A stretch of 64,000 nt of DNA, taken from the NCBI GenBank assembly GCA_031459875.1, contig JAVKHQ010000011.1, positions 1-64,000 of the forward strand, in the 5' to 3' direction. Shown piece by piece: positions 47,471-57,839 of this stretch (positions are counted from its first letter, which is position 1; the number at the start of each line of letters is the position of its first letter). The position numbers and the translations under genes are program-made. Under the pieces are notes generated by a model, which saw nothing but the letters and a program-made list of their open reading frames with translations, ran no database searches and had not been told where the DNA came from. The stretch comes from Candidatus Fervidifonticultor sextus (lineage in GTDB: Bacteria > Sysuimicrobiota > Sysuimicrobiia > Sysuimicrobiales > Humicultoraceae).

Positions 47471-48453
47471 GCCCGCTGGCGTCCTGGCCGCTGTGGGCAC
47501 AACTCGCCGCCGCCGGCGGGACTGCGGGGGCGCTGGTCGCGCTCGCCGGTCCGCCGGCCGCCGCCCTGCTGGCCCGGTGGGGACACGGACAGCAGATCCG
47601 GGAGGATGCGCCGGGCCGGCACCATCAGAAGGCCGGGACGCCGACGATGGGAGGGGTGCTCATCGTCGGGGCCATCGGCGTGGCCGCCCTCCTCACCGCC
47701 GGCGCCCACCCAGTGGCGCGCTTCGTCGTGGCGGCCACGGCCACGTTCGCCGGTATCGGCCTGCTGGACGATCTCATCGCGATCCGCCGGGGCCGGAACC
47801 TGGGACTGCGCGCCCGAGAGCGCCTGGTCCTGCAGGGGCTGGCCGGGGTCGTCCTGGGCTGGTACGCCAGCGGCCAGCCGTGGGCCGGCACGCAGGTCGC
47901 GCTCCCCTTTGCCGGCTCGGCGGATCCTGGCGAGCGGGGATACACGGTCCTGGCGGCCCTGCTGTTCGTCGGATTCGCCAACGCCGTCAACCTCACCGAT
48001 GGGCTCGATGGACTGGCCGCGGGCCTGGTGGCCATCGCCGGGCTGGGCTTCACGGCGCTCGCCGCGGTCAGCCTCCAACCGGCCGCCGCCGTCACCGGCG
48101 CGGCGGTGGTGGCGGCCGCCGCCGGGTTCCTGCGCGTCAACGCCCACCCGGCCAGGCTCTTCATGGGCGATGTGGGCTCCAATGCGCTGGGCGCGGCGCT
48201 GGCGGCCCTGGCCGTGGTCTCCAAGGCCGAGGTGGCGCTCTTCATCATCGGCGGCGTCTTCGTGGCCGAAGCCGCCTCGGTGATCCTGCAGGTAGCATAC
48301 TTTAAAGTTACCGGCGGCCGGCGCATCTTCCGCATGAGCCCCCTCCATCACCATTTCGAACTGGTCGGCTGGCCCGAGCCGCTGATCGTGCGGCGCTTCT
48401 ATTGGGCCGGGTCCGCCTGCCTGCTGGCCGGGTTGCTGGTGGTTGCGACATGA
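47467..48453 (+). CDS. mraY: Phospho-MurNAc-pentapeptide transferase
   Basis: KAGTPTMGG, NAVNLTDGLDGLA, FMGDVGS, MSPLHHHFEL. Confidence 0.97.
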   Translation: MSPLASWPLWAQLAAAGGTAGALVALAGPPAAALLARWGHGQQIREDAPGRHHQKAGTPTMGGVLIVGAIGVAALLTAGAHPVARFVVAATATFAGIGLLDDLIAIRRGRNLGLRARERLVLQGLAGVVLGWYASGQPWAGTQVALPFAGSADPGERGYTVLAALLFVGFANAVNLTDGLDGLAAGLVAIAGLGFTALAAVSLQPAAAVTGAAVVAAAAGFLRVNAHPARLFMGDVGSNALGAALAALAVVSKAEVALFIIGGVFVAEAASVILQVAYFKVTGGRRIFRMSPLHHHFELVGWPEPLIVRRFYWAGSACLLAGLLVVAT

Positions 48454-49946
48454 CGCCCGCGGCGGCGGCCCGGGTGGACGCCATGACGGCAAGGATGCGC
48501 GGCCGGCGCATCCACGTGCTGGGCCCGTCGGGGACCGAAGGCTCGACGGTCATCGACTTCCTGCTGTCGCAGGGGATCGGCACCATCACCGCGCACGACC
48601 TGGCCCCGGCCGAGCAGTTCGCGACGACCCTGGAGCGCACGCACGGCTGGCTGGATCCCGAGGGCCTGGCCGCGCTGCTCGCGCGACTCCGGTCGGCGCC
48701 GATTGCCTGGCGGTGGGGGCCGGACTACCTGCAGGGCCTGGAGGAGGCCGAGGTCATCGTCGTGCCGCAGTCGTGGTTCCGCTACCCCCAGAACGCGCCG
48801 GTGCGCGCGGCTGCGGCGCGCGGGGTCCCCCTCTCCAGCATGACGCAACTCTTCTTTGAGACCTGGCCGGGACCGATCATCGGGGTGACGGGGACGAACG
48901 GCAAGTTCACCGTCGTCACGCTGGCCGCCGCGATGCTCGAGGCCGCCGGGATCCCGGTGGTGGTTTCAGGAAACGACCGCACGCACGTCCCGGCCCTGTA
49001 TGCCCTGGACCGCGCGGACGAGCAGACGTGGCTGGTGCTGGAGATCAGCAACCGGCAGCTGGTGGGCCTGCCCTACAGCCCCCACGTGGCGGTGGTGACC
49101 AACCTGGCGCCCCACCACCTGGACGACCACGGGTCCATGGACGCCTACGTAGACGCCAAACGGACCATTGTGCGCCACCAGTCCAGCCGCGATGTGGCCG
49201 TGCTCAACGCCGACGACCCGCTGGTGGCCGGATTCGCCCGCGGGACGGCCGCAGCGGTCCACTGGTTCAGCCGCAGCCGCGCTGTGGACCGGGGTGCCTT
49301 CATCGACGGCGGATGGGTCGTGCTGGCCGGATCGCCGCCGCGCCGCGTGGTGCCGATGGCGGACCTGGCCGTCCCCGGCGGCCACATGGTCGAAGACATG
49401 CTGGCGGCCGCGGCCGCGGCCGCCGTGGCCGGGGCAGGGCCGCTGGCGATGGCATCCGTCCTGCGGGCGTTCCGCGGCCTGCCCTACCGCTGCCGGCTCG
49501 TGGCCGAGCGCGACGGGATCGCCTTCTACGAAGACTCCCTGGGCACGAACCCGACGGCTGCCGCGGCAGCGATCAGAAGCATGACGCGGCCGTTCTGCCT
49601 GATCGCCGGCGGCCTGCGCAGGGGGGCGAGGCCCGAGGACTTCGCCCCGATGACACACGCCCTGGCCGCCTCACCGGTTCGGGCCGTCTATCTGATCGGC
49701 TCGACCGCCGGGGTCCTGGCCGAAGCGATCACCGCCGCCTCGCCGGCCCCGGCGGTCCATAAGGCCGGGACGCTCGAGGTCGCCGTGGCCGCAGCCTGGG
49801 ACGCCGCCTCGCCCGGTGAGGCCATTCTGCTCTCCCCTGGCTGTGAGAGCTTCGATCAGTTCGCCGACTACCGGCAGCGCGGCGACCGCTTCTGCGAGTT
49901 GATCGGCGTGCTGCCCTCTCGCGCGCAGCGGGGGGCGGCCCGATGA
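48450..49946 (+). CDS. murD: MurD-family ligase (divergent)
   Basis: GVTGTNGK, LLSPGCESFDQF..YRQRG; position between mraY and ftsW. Confidence 0.88.
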   Translation: MTPAAAARVDAMTARMRGRRIHVLGPSGTEGSTVIDFLLSQGIGTITAHDLAPAEQFATTLERTHGWLDPEGLAALLARLRSAPIAWRWGPDYLQGLEEAEVIVVPQSWFRYPQNAPVRAAAARGVPLSSMTQLFFETWPGPIIGVTGTNGKFTVVTLAAAMLEAAGIPVVVSGNDRTHVPALYALDRADEQTWLVLEISNRQLVGLPYSPHVAVVTNLAPHHLDDHGSMDAYVDAKRTIVRHQSSRDVAVLNADDPLVAGFARGTAAAVHWFSRSRAVDRGAFIDGGWVVLAGSPPRRVVPMADLAVPGGHMVEDMLAAAAAAAVAGAGPLAMASVLRAFRGLPYRCRLVAERDGIAFYEDSLGTNPTAAAAAIRSMTRPFCLIAGGLRRGARPEDFAPMTHALAASPVRAVYLIGSTAGVLAEAITAASPAPAVHKAGTLEVAVAAAWDAASPGEAILLSPGCESFDQFADYRQRGDRFCELIGVLPSRAQRGAAR

Positions 49947-51124
49947 GCGGGCCGATGGCGGTCCTGCATCGCCGCTCGGGCGACGCCGTCCTGTTCGCAA
50001 CGGTGCTGGCGCTGGTCGCGATCGGCCTGGTGATGGTCTACAGCGCCAGCAGTGTCGTGGCCTACGAGCGGCTCTCCGACAGCGCCTACTTCTTCAAGCG
50101 GCAGGCCGCCTGGGCGGCGCTGGGGCTGGCCGCGATGTGGGTGGCGCGGAGCGTCTACCACCAGCGCCTTCGCCGGCTCGCGGCCCCGCTGCTGCTGGTC
50201 GCCATCCTGTTGCTCGTCGCCGTCCTCATCCCCGGCGTCGGCCGGGTGGCGGGGGGCGCCCGCCGCTGGATTGCCGTGGGAGCGGCCAGCTTCCAGCCGG
50301 TCGAGGTGGCGAAGGTGGCGGTTCTGGTGTACATGGCACACTTTGCAGCGCAGCGCGGCCTGGCGATCCGCGACTGGAGGCGCGGCATCGTCCCGCCGCT
50401 GGTGGTCATCGGGCTGTGCGCGGGCTTGGTGCTCCAACAGCCCGACATGGGCTCCGCGGTCATGCTCGCGGCGGTCGTGCTGCTGGTGCTGTTCCTTGCC
50501 GGTGCCCGGGTGCTCCACCTGGCCCTGGTTGCGCTGGCGGCGCTCCCCGCCGCTGCCGTGGCGGTCGTCGCGGCCCACTACCGGCTGCAGCGCGTGCTCG
50601 CCTTCCTGGACCCGTGGAGCGACCCGCAGGGTCGCGGCTTCCACGTCATCCAGTCGCTGCTGGCGTTCGGGTCCGGAGGCCTGTGGGGGGTGGGGCTGGG
50701 CGGAAGCAGCCAGAAGTTCTTCTACCTGCCGGAGCGGCACACCGACTTCATCTTCGCCATCATCGGTGAGGAACTGGGATTGCTGGGCACGATGTCCCTG
50801 CTGGGGCTATTCGCGCTGTTTGCCTACCGAGGATTCCGCATCGCGCGCGCGGCGCCCGACCGGTTCAGCGCGTTGCTGGCTGCTGGCATCACCGCGACGA
50901 TTGCCGGTCAGGCCCTGCTCAACATGGGCGTGGCCACCGGGTTCCTGCCCGTCACCGGCGTGCCGTTGCCGTTTGTGAGTTTCGGCGGATCGTCACTGGT
51001 GATGACGATGATCCAGGTGGGGATCCTCTTGAATATCTCCCGGTACGCGCACCGCGAGGCTCCCCCGGTTCCGGCGCGCCGGCCCGTGGCCGGGCAGCCG
51101 GCGCGGGCGTGGGAGGCCCGATGA
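49943..51124 (+). CDS. ftsW: Peptidoglycan polymerase FtsW
   Basis: GLVMVYSAS, GARRWI, FQPVEVAK, QPDMG, HTDFIFAIIGEELG, LPFVSFGGSS. Confidence 0.97.
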   Translation: MSGPMAVLHRRSGDAVLFATVLALVAIGLVMVYSASSVVAYERLSDSAYFFKRQAAWAALGLAAMWVARSVYHQRLRRLAAPLLLVAILLLVAVLIPGVGRVAGGARRWIAVGAASFQPVEVAKVAVLVYMAHFAAQRGLAIRDWRRGIVPPLVVIGLCAGLVLQQPDMGSAVMLAAVVLLVLFLAGARVLHLALVALAALPAAAVAVVAAHYRLQRVLAFLDPWSDPQGRGFHVIQSLLAFGSGGLWGVGLGGSSQKFFYLPERHTDFIFAIIGEELGLLGTMSLLGLFALFAYRGFRIARAAPDRFSALLAAGITATIAGQALLNMGVATGFLPVTGVPLPFVSFGGSSLVMTMIQVGILLNISRYAHREAPPVPARRPVAGQPARAWEAR

Positions 51125-52251
51125 GGGTTGCCATCGCCGCCGGCGGCACCGGGGGGCACCTCTTCCCCGGCCTGGCGATCGCCGAAGCCCTCCGGCGGCA
51201 GTCGCCGGCGATCGAGGTGATGATCGTCGGCGGCGGCCGGCTGGAATCGCGCCTGGTCCCGCAGGAGGGCTGGCCCTTCCGGGCCGTCGCCGGGCGCGGC
51301 CTCCCGGCCCGGCCCGGGTGGCGGACCGTCGCGGCGCTGGCGAGCCTGGCGTGGGGCGGCTGGCAGGCGCTGCGGCTGCTGTGGGCCTGGCGGCCCGATG
51401 TGGTCGTGGCCACGGGCGGGTACGTATGCGCGCCGGTCGGGGCCGCAGCGGTGCTCTTGGGCCTGCCCCTGGTCCTCCAGGAGCAGAACCTGTCCCCCGG
51501 CCTGGCCAACCGCGTGCTCGCGCGCTGGGCGAGATGGATCTCGGTGCCGCACGAGGATGCGGCATCCCGGTGGCGTGCGCGGCGCGTGGAGGTCACCGGG
51601 GTCCCGCTGCGCACCCGCGCCGTCTGGGGTGATCGTCGTCGCGGCATGAGCCGGTGGGGCCTGGAGGAAGGTCGGGTGACGGTGCTCGTCGTCGGCGGCA
51701 GTCAAGGCGCGCACAGCCTCAATCGGGCCGTCTGTCGGGCGGCGGACCTGCTGATGTACGAGCCCGGGCTCCAGATTCTCCACCAGACCGGGCCCGAGCA
51801 CCTGCACTGGGTGCGCGAGGCGATCGGGCGCCGTGAGCACCTCAGACCGCCGGCACTGCGGCACGTGGCCGTCCCCTTCCTCGATCCGATCGGCGATGCC
51901 TACGCGGCAGCCGATCTGGTCCTCTGCCGGGCCGGGGCCTCCACCCTGGCCGAAGTCACGGCGTGGGGGCTGCCCGCCATCGTGGTGCCCTACCCGCATG
52001 CGGCCAGGGCCCACCAGGAGGAGAACGCGGCGGTCCTGGTGCGCGCAGGCGCGGCCGTCCACCTCGCGGACTCGGATCTTGACGGGACCAGGCTGGCAGA
52101 CGTGCTGGGGATCCTGGTGCGGGATGCCCCCCGGCGCGCGGCCATGGCGGCGGCCAGCCGGACCCTGGGCCGCCCCGGGGCCGCCGACGTCGTGGCCGGG
52201 CTCATCCTGGCGGTGGGCCCGGCACACGCGGCCCAGGAGGTCCGCGCGTGA
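51121..52251 (+). CDS. murG: Lipid I N-acetylglucosaminyltransferase
   Basis: AGGTGGHLFP, GGSQGA, RAGASTLAE, HQEENA. Confidence 0.97.
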   Translation: MRVAIAAGGTGGHLFPGLAIAEALRRQSPAIEVMIVGGGRLESRLVPQEGWPFRAVAGRGLPARPGWRTVAALASLAWGGWQALRLLWAWRPDVVVATGGYVCAPVGAAAVLLGLPLVLQEQNLSPGLANRVLARWARWISVPHEDAASRWRARRVEVTGVPLRTRAVWGDRRRGMSRWGLEEGRVTVLVVGGSQGAHSLNRAVCRAADLLMYEPGLQILHQTGPEHLHWVREAIGRREHLRPPALRHVAVPFLDPIGDAYAAADLVLCRAGASTLAEVTAWGLPAIVVPYPHAARAHQEENAAVLVRAGAAVHLADSDLDGTRLADVLGILVRDAPRRAAMAAASRTLGRPGAADVVAGLILAVGPAHAAQEVRA

Positions 52252-53669
52252 TTCCCCGGGGCGCCCGGCTGCACTTCATCGGGATCGGCGGGGCCGGGAT
52301 GAGCGCGCTGGCCACGGTGCTGCTCCACCGAGGGTTCACCGTCTCGGGTTGCGACCTGCGCGACTCCGAGACCGTGCGCCGGATCCGCGATGCTGGCGGT
52401 GAGGTGCTGATCGGGCACCACCCGGTGCATCTTGATGGGGCGGACGTCGTCGTGGTCTCGCGCGCGGTCGCGCCCGACACCGGGGAGGTCCGCGCCGCGC
52501 GGGCGCGGGGGCTGCCGACGCTGCACCGCGCGCAGGTCCTGGGGGAGGTCATGGGATCCGGCTGCGGGGTCGCCATCGTCGGGACCCACGGGAAGACCAC
52601 GACCACCGCCATGTTGACGCGGGTGCTGGTGGCCTCCGGATACGACCCGACGGCCCTCATCGGGGCCGATGTGGCAGACCTGGGCGGTAACGCGCGCGCC
52701 GGAGCCGGGCGCTGGATCGTGGCGGAGGTGGACGAAAGCGACGGATCGCTGCTCCACATCGCACCGCATGCCGCAGTACTCACCAGCCTCGATGTCACCG
52801 ACCACCGCGACTATTACACGTCGGCTGCACACCTCGAGCAGACCTTCGCGCGATTCCTGGGCGGCGTGTCCCCCGACGGCTTCATTGCGGCGTGCACCGA
52901 TCATCCTGGCGTCCGGGCCCTCTGTGAGGGATTGGGCCGCCCGGTCGTAACCTACGGCTTCGATGAGGCGGCAGCCATTCGCGGGGAGATCCTGACCCAA
53001 GACGGCCGGACGATCCGGGCGAGGGTCTGGACCGACGGCCGGCCTGCCGGCGAGCTGGTCCTCCAGGTGCCGGGCCGCCACAACGTCAGCAACGCCCTGG
53101 CGGCCGTGGCGGCAGCCGGGCGCATCGGGGTGCCGCTGCCGGCCGCGCTGGATGCCCTCGCCGGATTCCGAGGGGTCAGCCGGCGCTTCGAGGTGCGCGG
53201 AGAGGCCGACGGCGTGCTGGTGGTGGACGACTACGCCCACAACCCGGTCAAGGTGGCCGCGGTGTTGCGTGCGGCCCGCGAAGGCTGGCCCGACCGGCGC
53301 CTGATCGCGATCTTCCAGCCCCACCGCTTCTCCCGCACGCGGACGACCCACGCGGAGTTTGCGCGGGCTTTCGACCTTGCCGACGAGGTGATCGTGACCG
53401 AGATCTACGCGGCCGGCGAGCCTCCGCAACCCGGGATCAGTGCCCGGCTGATCGTCGACGCCATCGCCGCCCACCGGACGGTGCACTACCGGCCGACCAC
53501 CGGGAAAGCCCTCGAGCTGGCTGAAGCCCTGGCCGCCCCCGGGGCGATCGTGCTCACCCTGGGCGCCGGCGACATCGGCGGTGCGGCCGGCGCGCTGCTG
53601 GCGCGGCTTGCCGCGCGGGGATCTGCGGGCGTGGGGTCGGATCACCGACGGCCGGGAGGGAGCGCGTGA
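52248..53669 (+). CDS. murC: UDP-MurNAc:L-alanine ligase
   Basis: HFIGIGGAGMSALA, GTHGKTTTT, EVDESDGS, DDYAHNP, FQPHRFSRT. Confidence 0.97.
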   Translation: MIPRGARLHFIGIGGAGMSALATVLLHRGFTVSGCDLRDSETVRRIRDAGGEVLIGHHPVHLDGADVVVVSRAVAPDTGEVRAARARGLPTLHRAQVLGEVMGSGCGVAIVGTHGKTTTTAMLTRVLVASGYDPTALIGADVADLGGNARAGAGRWIVAEVDESDGSLLHIAPHAAVLTSLDVTDHRDYYTSAAHLEQTFARFLGGVSPDGFIAACTDHPGVRALCEGLGRPVVTYGFDEAAAIRGEILTQDGRTIRARVWTDGRPAGELVLQVPGRHNVSNALAAVAAAGRIGVPLPAALDALAGFRGVSRRFEVRGEADGVLVVDDYAHNPVKVAAVLRAAREGWPDRRLIAIFQPHRFSRTRTTHAEFARAFDLADEVIVTEIYAAGEPPQPGISARLIVDAIAAHRTVHYRPTTGKALELAEALAAPGAIVLTLGAGDIGGAAGALLARLAARGSAGVGSDHRRPGGSA

Positions 53670-54586
53670 GCGCGCCCACGCAGGCGCCGGTGGGGCTCGA
53701 ACGTCGCCTGCGGGCTGCAGTCCGCGACGTGCGCCGCGACGAGCCGATGGCGCCACATGCCCAGTTCCGGATCGGTGGGCCGGCCGACCTCCTGGTGATT
53801 CCGCGGAGCCAGGCCGAGTTGCGGGCCGCGCTGCACATCCTCTTCCGTGAGGGCATCCGGCCCGTCATTCTCGGTCAGGGATCCAACGTGCTCATCGGTG
53901 ACCGCGGCATCCGCGGGGTGGTGGTGAAGATCGGGAAGGGCCTCGACCACGTCCGCTTCGATGGAGCCACCGTCACCGCCGAGGCCGGCGCCGGCCTGCC
54001 CGCGCTGGCGCTGCAGTGCGCCAGACGGGGCCTGGCCGGGCTGGAGTTCGCCGCCGGCATCCCGGGGTCGGTCGGCGGCGCGGTGGTGATGAACGCCGGC
54101 GCCCACGGCCACGCGATGGCAGAGGTCGTGGTGGCCGTGGACGTGCTGGGACCCGACGGCACGCGCCGCCTGACGCGCGAGGCCGTGGGGTTCGGGTACC
54201 GGACGACCATCCTCCAGGACCGTCCCTGGGTCGTGACCCGGGCCACGCTCCTCCTCCACCCCGACGACCCCGCGGCGGTCCGTGCGCGCCTTGGGGCCTG
54301 GCTGGCACAGCGTGGCGCGACCCAGCCGGTCGGGCCGCCGAGTTCCGGGTGCATCTTCCGGAACCCGCCGGGCGATCACGCGGGCCGGCTGATCGACGCA
54401 GCCGGCGGCAAGGGCCTGGCGGTGGGAGGGGCCCGGGTCTCGGCGCTGCACGCAAACTACATCATCAACGAGGGCGGCGCGACGGCGTCGGATGTGCTGG
54501 CCCTGGCCGAGCGGGTCCGCCGCCTGGTGGCGGACCACGCGGGTGTGATGCTCGACCTGGAGGTCAAACTGCTGGGCGAATTCTGA
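53666..54586 (+). CDS. murB: UDP-GlcNAc-enolpyruvate reductase
   Basis: FRIGGPAD, GQGSNVL, GIPGSVGGAVVMNAGA, SSGCIFRNP, HANYIIN. Confidence 0.97.
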   Translation: MSAPTQAPVGLERRLRAAVRDVRRDEPMAPHAQFRIGGPADLLVIPRSQAELRAALHILFREGIRPVILGQGSNVLIGDRGIRGVVVKIGKGLDHVRFDGATVTAEAGAGLPALALQCARRGLAGLEFAAGIPGSVGGAVVMNAGAHGHAMAEVVVAVDVLGPDGTRRLTREAVGFGYRTTILQDRPWVVTRATLLLHPDDPAAVRARLGAWLAQRGATQPVGPPSSGCIFRNPPGDHAGRLIDAAGGKGLAVGGARVSALHANYIINEGGATASDVLALAERVRRLVADHAGVMLDLEVKLLGEF

Positions 54587-54604
54587 ATCATCCGGGATCC
54601 CATC

Positions 54605-55435
54605 GTGCCCTCCACCGACCCTTCGCCGCGCCGACCGCCGTCTCTGATCCTGGGGACCCTCTCGCGCTTCGCGGTCATCATGGCGGCGCTGTTGGCCGCG
54701 GCCGTGTTCCCGCAGTCCGCGCTGTTCACCATCGAGCGGATCGAGGTGAGGGGGGCCCGCAGCCTGCCTGATGCGGCTGTGGCCGCCCTCGCGGGACTGG
54801 AGCCGGGCATGCGGCTCTTCGCGGTCGACGCCGATGCCGTGGCGAGACGTCTACGCGCCGATCCCCGCATCAAGGACGCCGATGTACGCCTGCGGCCCCC
54901 CCACACGGTCGTGCTGCGCATCACCGAGCGGCGTCCGGTCCTGGCCCTGGGCCTGGGTGACCGGTTTGCGCTCCTGGATGACGACCTGGTGGTCGTGGCG
55001 CTGACGGCCGATGCGGCAGGCGCCCCCGAAGTGGTTGACGGCCTCGGCGGGACCCCATGGGTTCGGGTGGGGGCGCGGGTGGCCTCGCCGGCCGCACGCA
55101 TCGTGCTGGCCGGCCTTGCCGATATCCCGCAGCCGCTGCGGGCCGAGCTGCGCCGGATCACGGTGACGCCGGGGCCGGACCTGACGCTCCTGCTGCGATC
55201 CGGCCTGGAAATCAAAGCCGGCGCTCCCGCCGGACTGGCGGAACGCCTGGCCCAGGTTCCCGGCGTCCTGACCGCACTGCGCGCCCGCGGGATCGTCCCC
55301 CGGACCCTGGATCTCCGATACGTCGGCTCGATCGCCGTTCGGAGGGCGCCTCCGGCTCCCGTGGAGGGCGGCACGGCGGGGGCCGGCGCGCCGGACGGGG
55401 GGCACAGATCTGCTGGAGGAGGAGAAGGCCGGTAG
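54605..55435 (+). CDS. ftsQ: Cell division protein FtsQ/DivIB
   Basis: N-terminal TM, POTRA-like F.IERIEVRG...P..VVLRITERRP, C-terminal LDLRY; lies before ftsA. Confidence 0.88.
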   Translation: MPSTDPSPRRPPSLILGTLSRFAVIMAALLAAAVFPQSALFTIERIEVRGARSLPDAAVAALAGLEPGMRLFAVDADAVARRLRADPRIKDADVRLRPPHTVVLRITERRPVLALGLGDRFALLDDDLVVVALTADAAGAPEVVDGLGGTPWVRVGARVASPAARIVLAGLADIPQPLRAELRRITVTPGPDLTLLLRSGLEIKAGAPAGLAERLAQVPGVLTALRARGIVPRTLDLRYVGSIAVRRAPPAPVEGGTAGAGAPDGGHRSAGGGEGR

Positions 55436-55453
55436 GCGTGGAATAGCGCGACC

Positions 55454-55501
55454 GAACAAGATGTAGAGGTCGACCCAGCGGCAGGCCACAACAGGTAGCG
55501 C
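55454..55501 (+). promoter_or_regulatory. Tandem NrdR-box-like sites before ftsA
   Basis: gaaCAAGATGTAGagg and ccaCAACAGGTAGcgc, cores 32 bp apart. Confidence 0.6.
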
Positions 55502-56740
55502 ATGACGCGGCGGAATACGATTACAGGCCTCGACATCGGCACCACCAAGGTCTGTGCCGTCGTCGGTGAGGTGGACGAGGACGGGGACGTTCACATCATT
55601 GGGGCAGGCACCGCGCCGTCCGTCGGGCTGCGCCGCGGCGTCGTGGTCGACCTGGACTCCACCGCCCGGGCCATCGAGCAGGCGACCGCTCACGCCGAGC
55701 GCATGGCCGGCGTGAGCATCACGGCGGTCCACGTGGCCGTGTCCGGCGAGCACATCTCTTCCTCCGACAGCCGGGGCGTTGTTGCCGTGGCGCGAGGCGA
55801 TCACGAGATCGGCGATGCCGACGTGGCGCGCGTCATCGATGCCGCCCGCATGGCCGCGCTGCCGTCGTCCGAGCGCGAGATCATCCACCTTCTGCCACGG
55901 GATTTCGTCGTGGACGGCCAGGACGGCGTGAAGCGACCGGTGGGGATGTACGGCGCGCGCCTGGAGGTCGAGGCCCACATCGTCACCGGCGTGGCCACCG
56001 CGCTGGCCAACGTGGCCAAATGTGTGCAGAAGGCGGGGCTCGAGGTCACCGAGATGGTGTTGGAGCCGCTGGCGTCCGCCGAAGCGGTGCTGGCGCCGGC
56101 GGAGCGCGACCTGGGTGCCGTCCTGGCCGACATTGGCGGCGGCACCACCAGCGTGGGGATCTTCGCCAACGGCGGGCTGTGCCACGTGGCGATTCTCCCG
56201 GTGGCCGGCGGCCACCTGACCCACGACATCGCCGTGGGCATGCGCACGTCGGTGGCGGAGGCGGAGAAGCTCAAGGTGCGGTGGGGCGCTGCGACCCCGC
56301 AGGCCGTCTCCGAGGGCGAGATGATCGAGGTCTTTACCGTGGGCGGCCGCGCGCCCCGCGTGCTGCCGCGCCGGGTGCTGGCGGAGTTCATCGAGCCGCG
56401 CGTAGATGAGATCTTCTCGCTGATCCAGGGGCAGATCCGACGGAGCGGCTACACCCACCGCATCCCATCCGGCCTCATCCTGACCGGCGGGACCTCCATG
56501 CTGGAAGGCCTGGTGGACTACGCGGAGACGCGCCTGGGCCTGCCGGTCCGCCTGGGCGCACCCGAGCACCTGGCCGGCCTCGTGGACGCGGTGCGCAGCC
56601 CGGCGTACGCCACCGGAGTCGGCCTGGTGCTCTACGGCGCCCGGGCGCGCGGTGGGGCCGGCGTCATGCACCGCAACGGGACGAGTTCCTTCTGGGAACG
56701 CACCAGGATGTGGATTCGCGATCTCCTGCAGGGCGCATAA
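55502..56740 (+). CDS. ftsA: Cell division protein FtsA
   Basis: [34 protein letters not shown]. Confidence 0.98.
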   Translation: MTRRNTITGLDIGTTKVCAVVGEVDEDGDVHIIGAGTAPSVGLRRGVVVDLDSTARAIEQATAHAERMAGVSITAVHVAVSGEHISSSDSRGVVAVARGDHEIGDADVARVIDAARMAALPSSEREIIHLLPRDFVVDGQDGVKRPVGMYGARLEVEAHIVTGVATALANVAKCVQKAGLEVTEMVLEPLASAEAVLAPAERDLGAVLADIGGGTTSVGIFANGGLCHVAILPVAGGHLTHDIAVGMRTSVAEAEKLKVRWGAATPQAVSEGEMIEVFTVGGRAPRVLPRRVLAEFIEPRVDEIFSLIQGQIRRSGYTHRIPSGLILTGGTSMLEGLVDYAETRLGLPVRLGAPEHLAGLVDAVRSPAYATGVGLVLYGARARGGAGVMHRNGTSSFWERTRMWIRDLLQGA

Positions 56741-56766
56741 GCACGCCGATCGAAGGGGGAGCCTCC

Positions 56767-57822
56767 ATGGCAAGCACAGAGCGGGATCTTCGACGGTACG
56801 CGGCAATCAAGGTGGTGGGGGTGGGCGGGGGCGGCAGCAACGCCGTCAACCGCATGATCTCCGCCGGGCTCCGAGGGGTCGAGTACATCGCCGTGAACAC
56901 CGACGCCCAGGCGCTGGCGCTCTCCTCGGCCGACAAGAAGATCCACATCGGCGCGAAGGTCACCAAGGGGCTGGGCGCCGGCGGCGATCCTCAGGTCGGC
57001 CGCCAGGCCGCCGAGGAGAGCCGCGAGGAACTGCGCGAGGCGCTGGGCGGCGCGGACATGGTCTTCATCACGGCCGGGATGGGTGGGGGGACCGGCACCG
57101 GGGGCGCACCGATCATCGCCGAACTCGCCCGCGAGCACGGCTCGCTCACGATCGGCGTCGTGACCCGGCCGTTCGGCTTTGAGGGCAAGCGGCGGGCGCA
57201 GACCGCCGAGGAGGGGGTGCGGACGCTGCGGCAGAAGGTCAGCACGCTCATCACGATTCCCAACGACCGGCTGTTGCAGATCATCGACCGCCAGGCCACG
57301 GTCATCGAGGCCTTCCGCACCGCCGACGACGTGCTGCGCCAGGGCGTCCAGGGCATCGCGGACCTGATCACGGTCCCGGGCCTGATCAACCTGGACTTCG
57401 CCGACGTGCGGGCCATCATGGCCGAGGCCGGCTCGGCACTGATCGGCATCGGCGTGGCCTCGGGCGACGATCGCGCCACGCGGGCCGCCCAGGCCGCCAT
57501 CAGCAGCCCGCTGCTGGAGACCAGCATGGACGGGGCGCGCGGGGTGCTCATCAACGTGACCGGGGGGACCGACCTGGGCCTCCTCGAGGTGAGCGAGGCC
57601 GCCCGGATCGTGGCAGAGGCCGCCGATCCCGAGGCGAACATCATCTTCGGGGCGGTCATCGACGAGAAGGTGCGCGACGAGGTGCGGATCACGGTCATCG
57701 CCACCGGCTTCGACGCCGCCCGCCGCAGCGAGGACGGCGCGGGCACGCACGATGATCGGGCCAAGGAACCGGTGAAGCTCATCGACGACCTCGACATTCC
57801 GGCTTTTCTTCGGAGGCGGTAG
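56767..57822 (+). CDS. ftsZ: Cell division protein FtsZ
   Basis: [33 protein letters not shown]-terminal [10 protein letters not shown]. Confidence 0.99.
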   Translation: MASTERDLRRYAAIKVVGVGGGGSNAVNRMISAGLRGVEYIAVNTDAQALALSSADKKIHIGAKVTKGLGAGGDPQVGRQAAEESREELREALGGADMVFITAGMGGGTGTGGAPIIAELAREHGSLTIGVVTRPFGFEGKRRAQTAEEGVRTLRQKVSTLITIPNDRLLQIIDRQATVIEAFRTADDVLRQGVQGIADLITVPGLINLDFADVRAIMAEAGSALIGIGVASGDDRATRAAQAAISSPLLETSMDGARGVLINVTGGTDLGLLEVSEAARIVAEAADPEANIIFGAVIDEKVRDEVRITVIATGFDAARRSEDGAGTHDDRAKEPVKLIDDLDIPAFLRRR

Positions 57823-57839
57823 CGCCCTACAGTAGAAGC

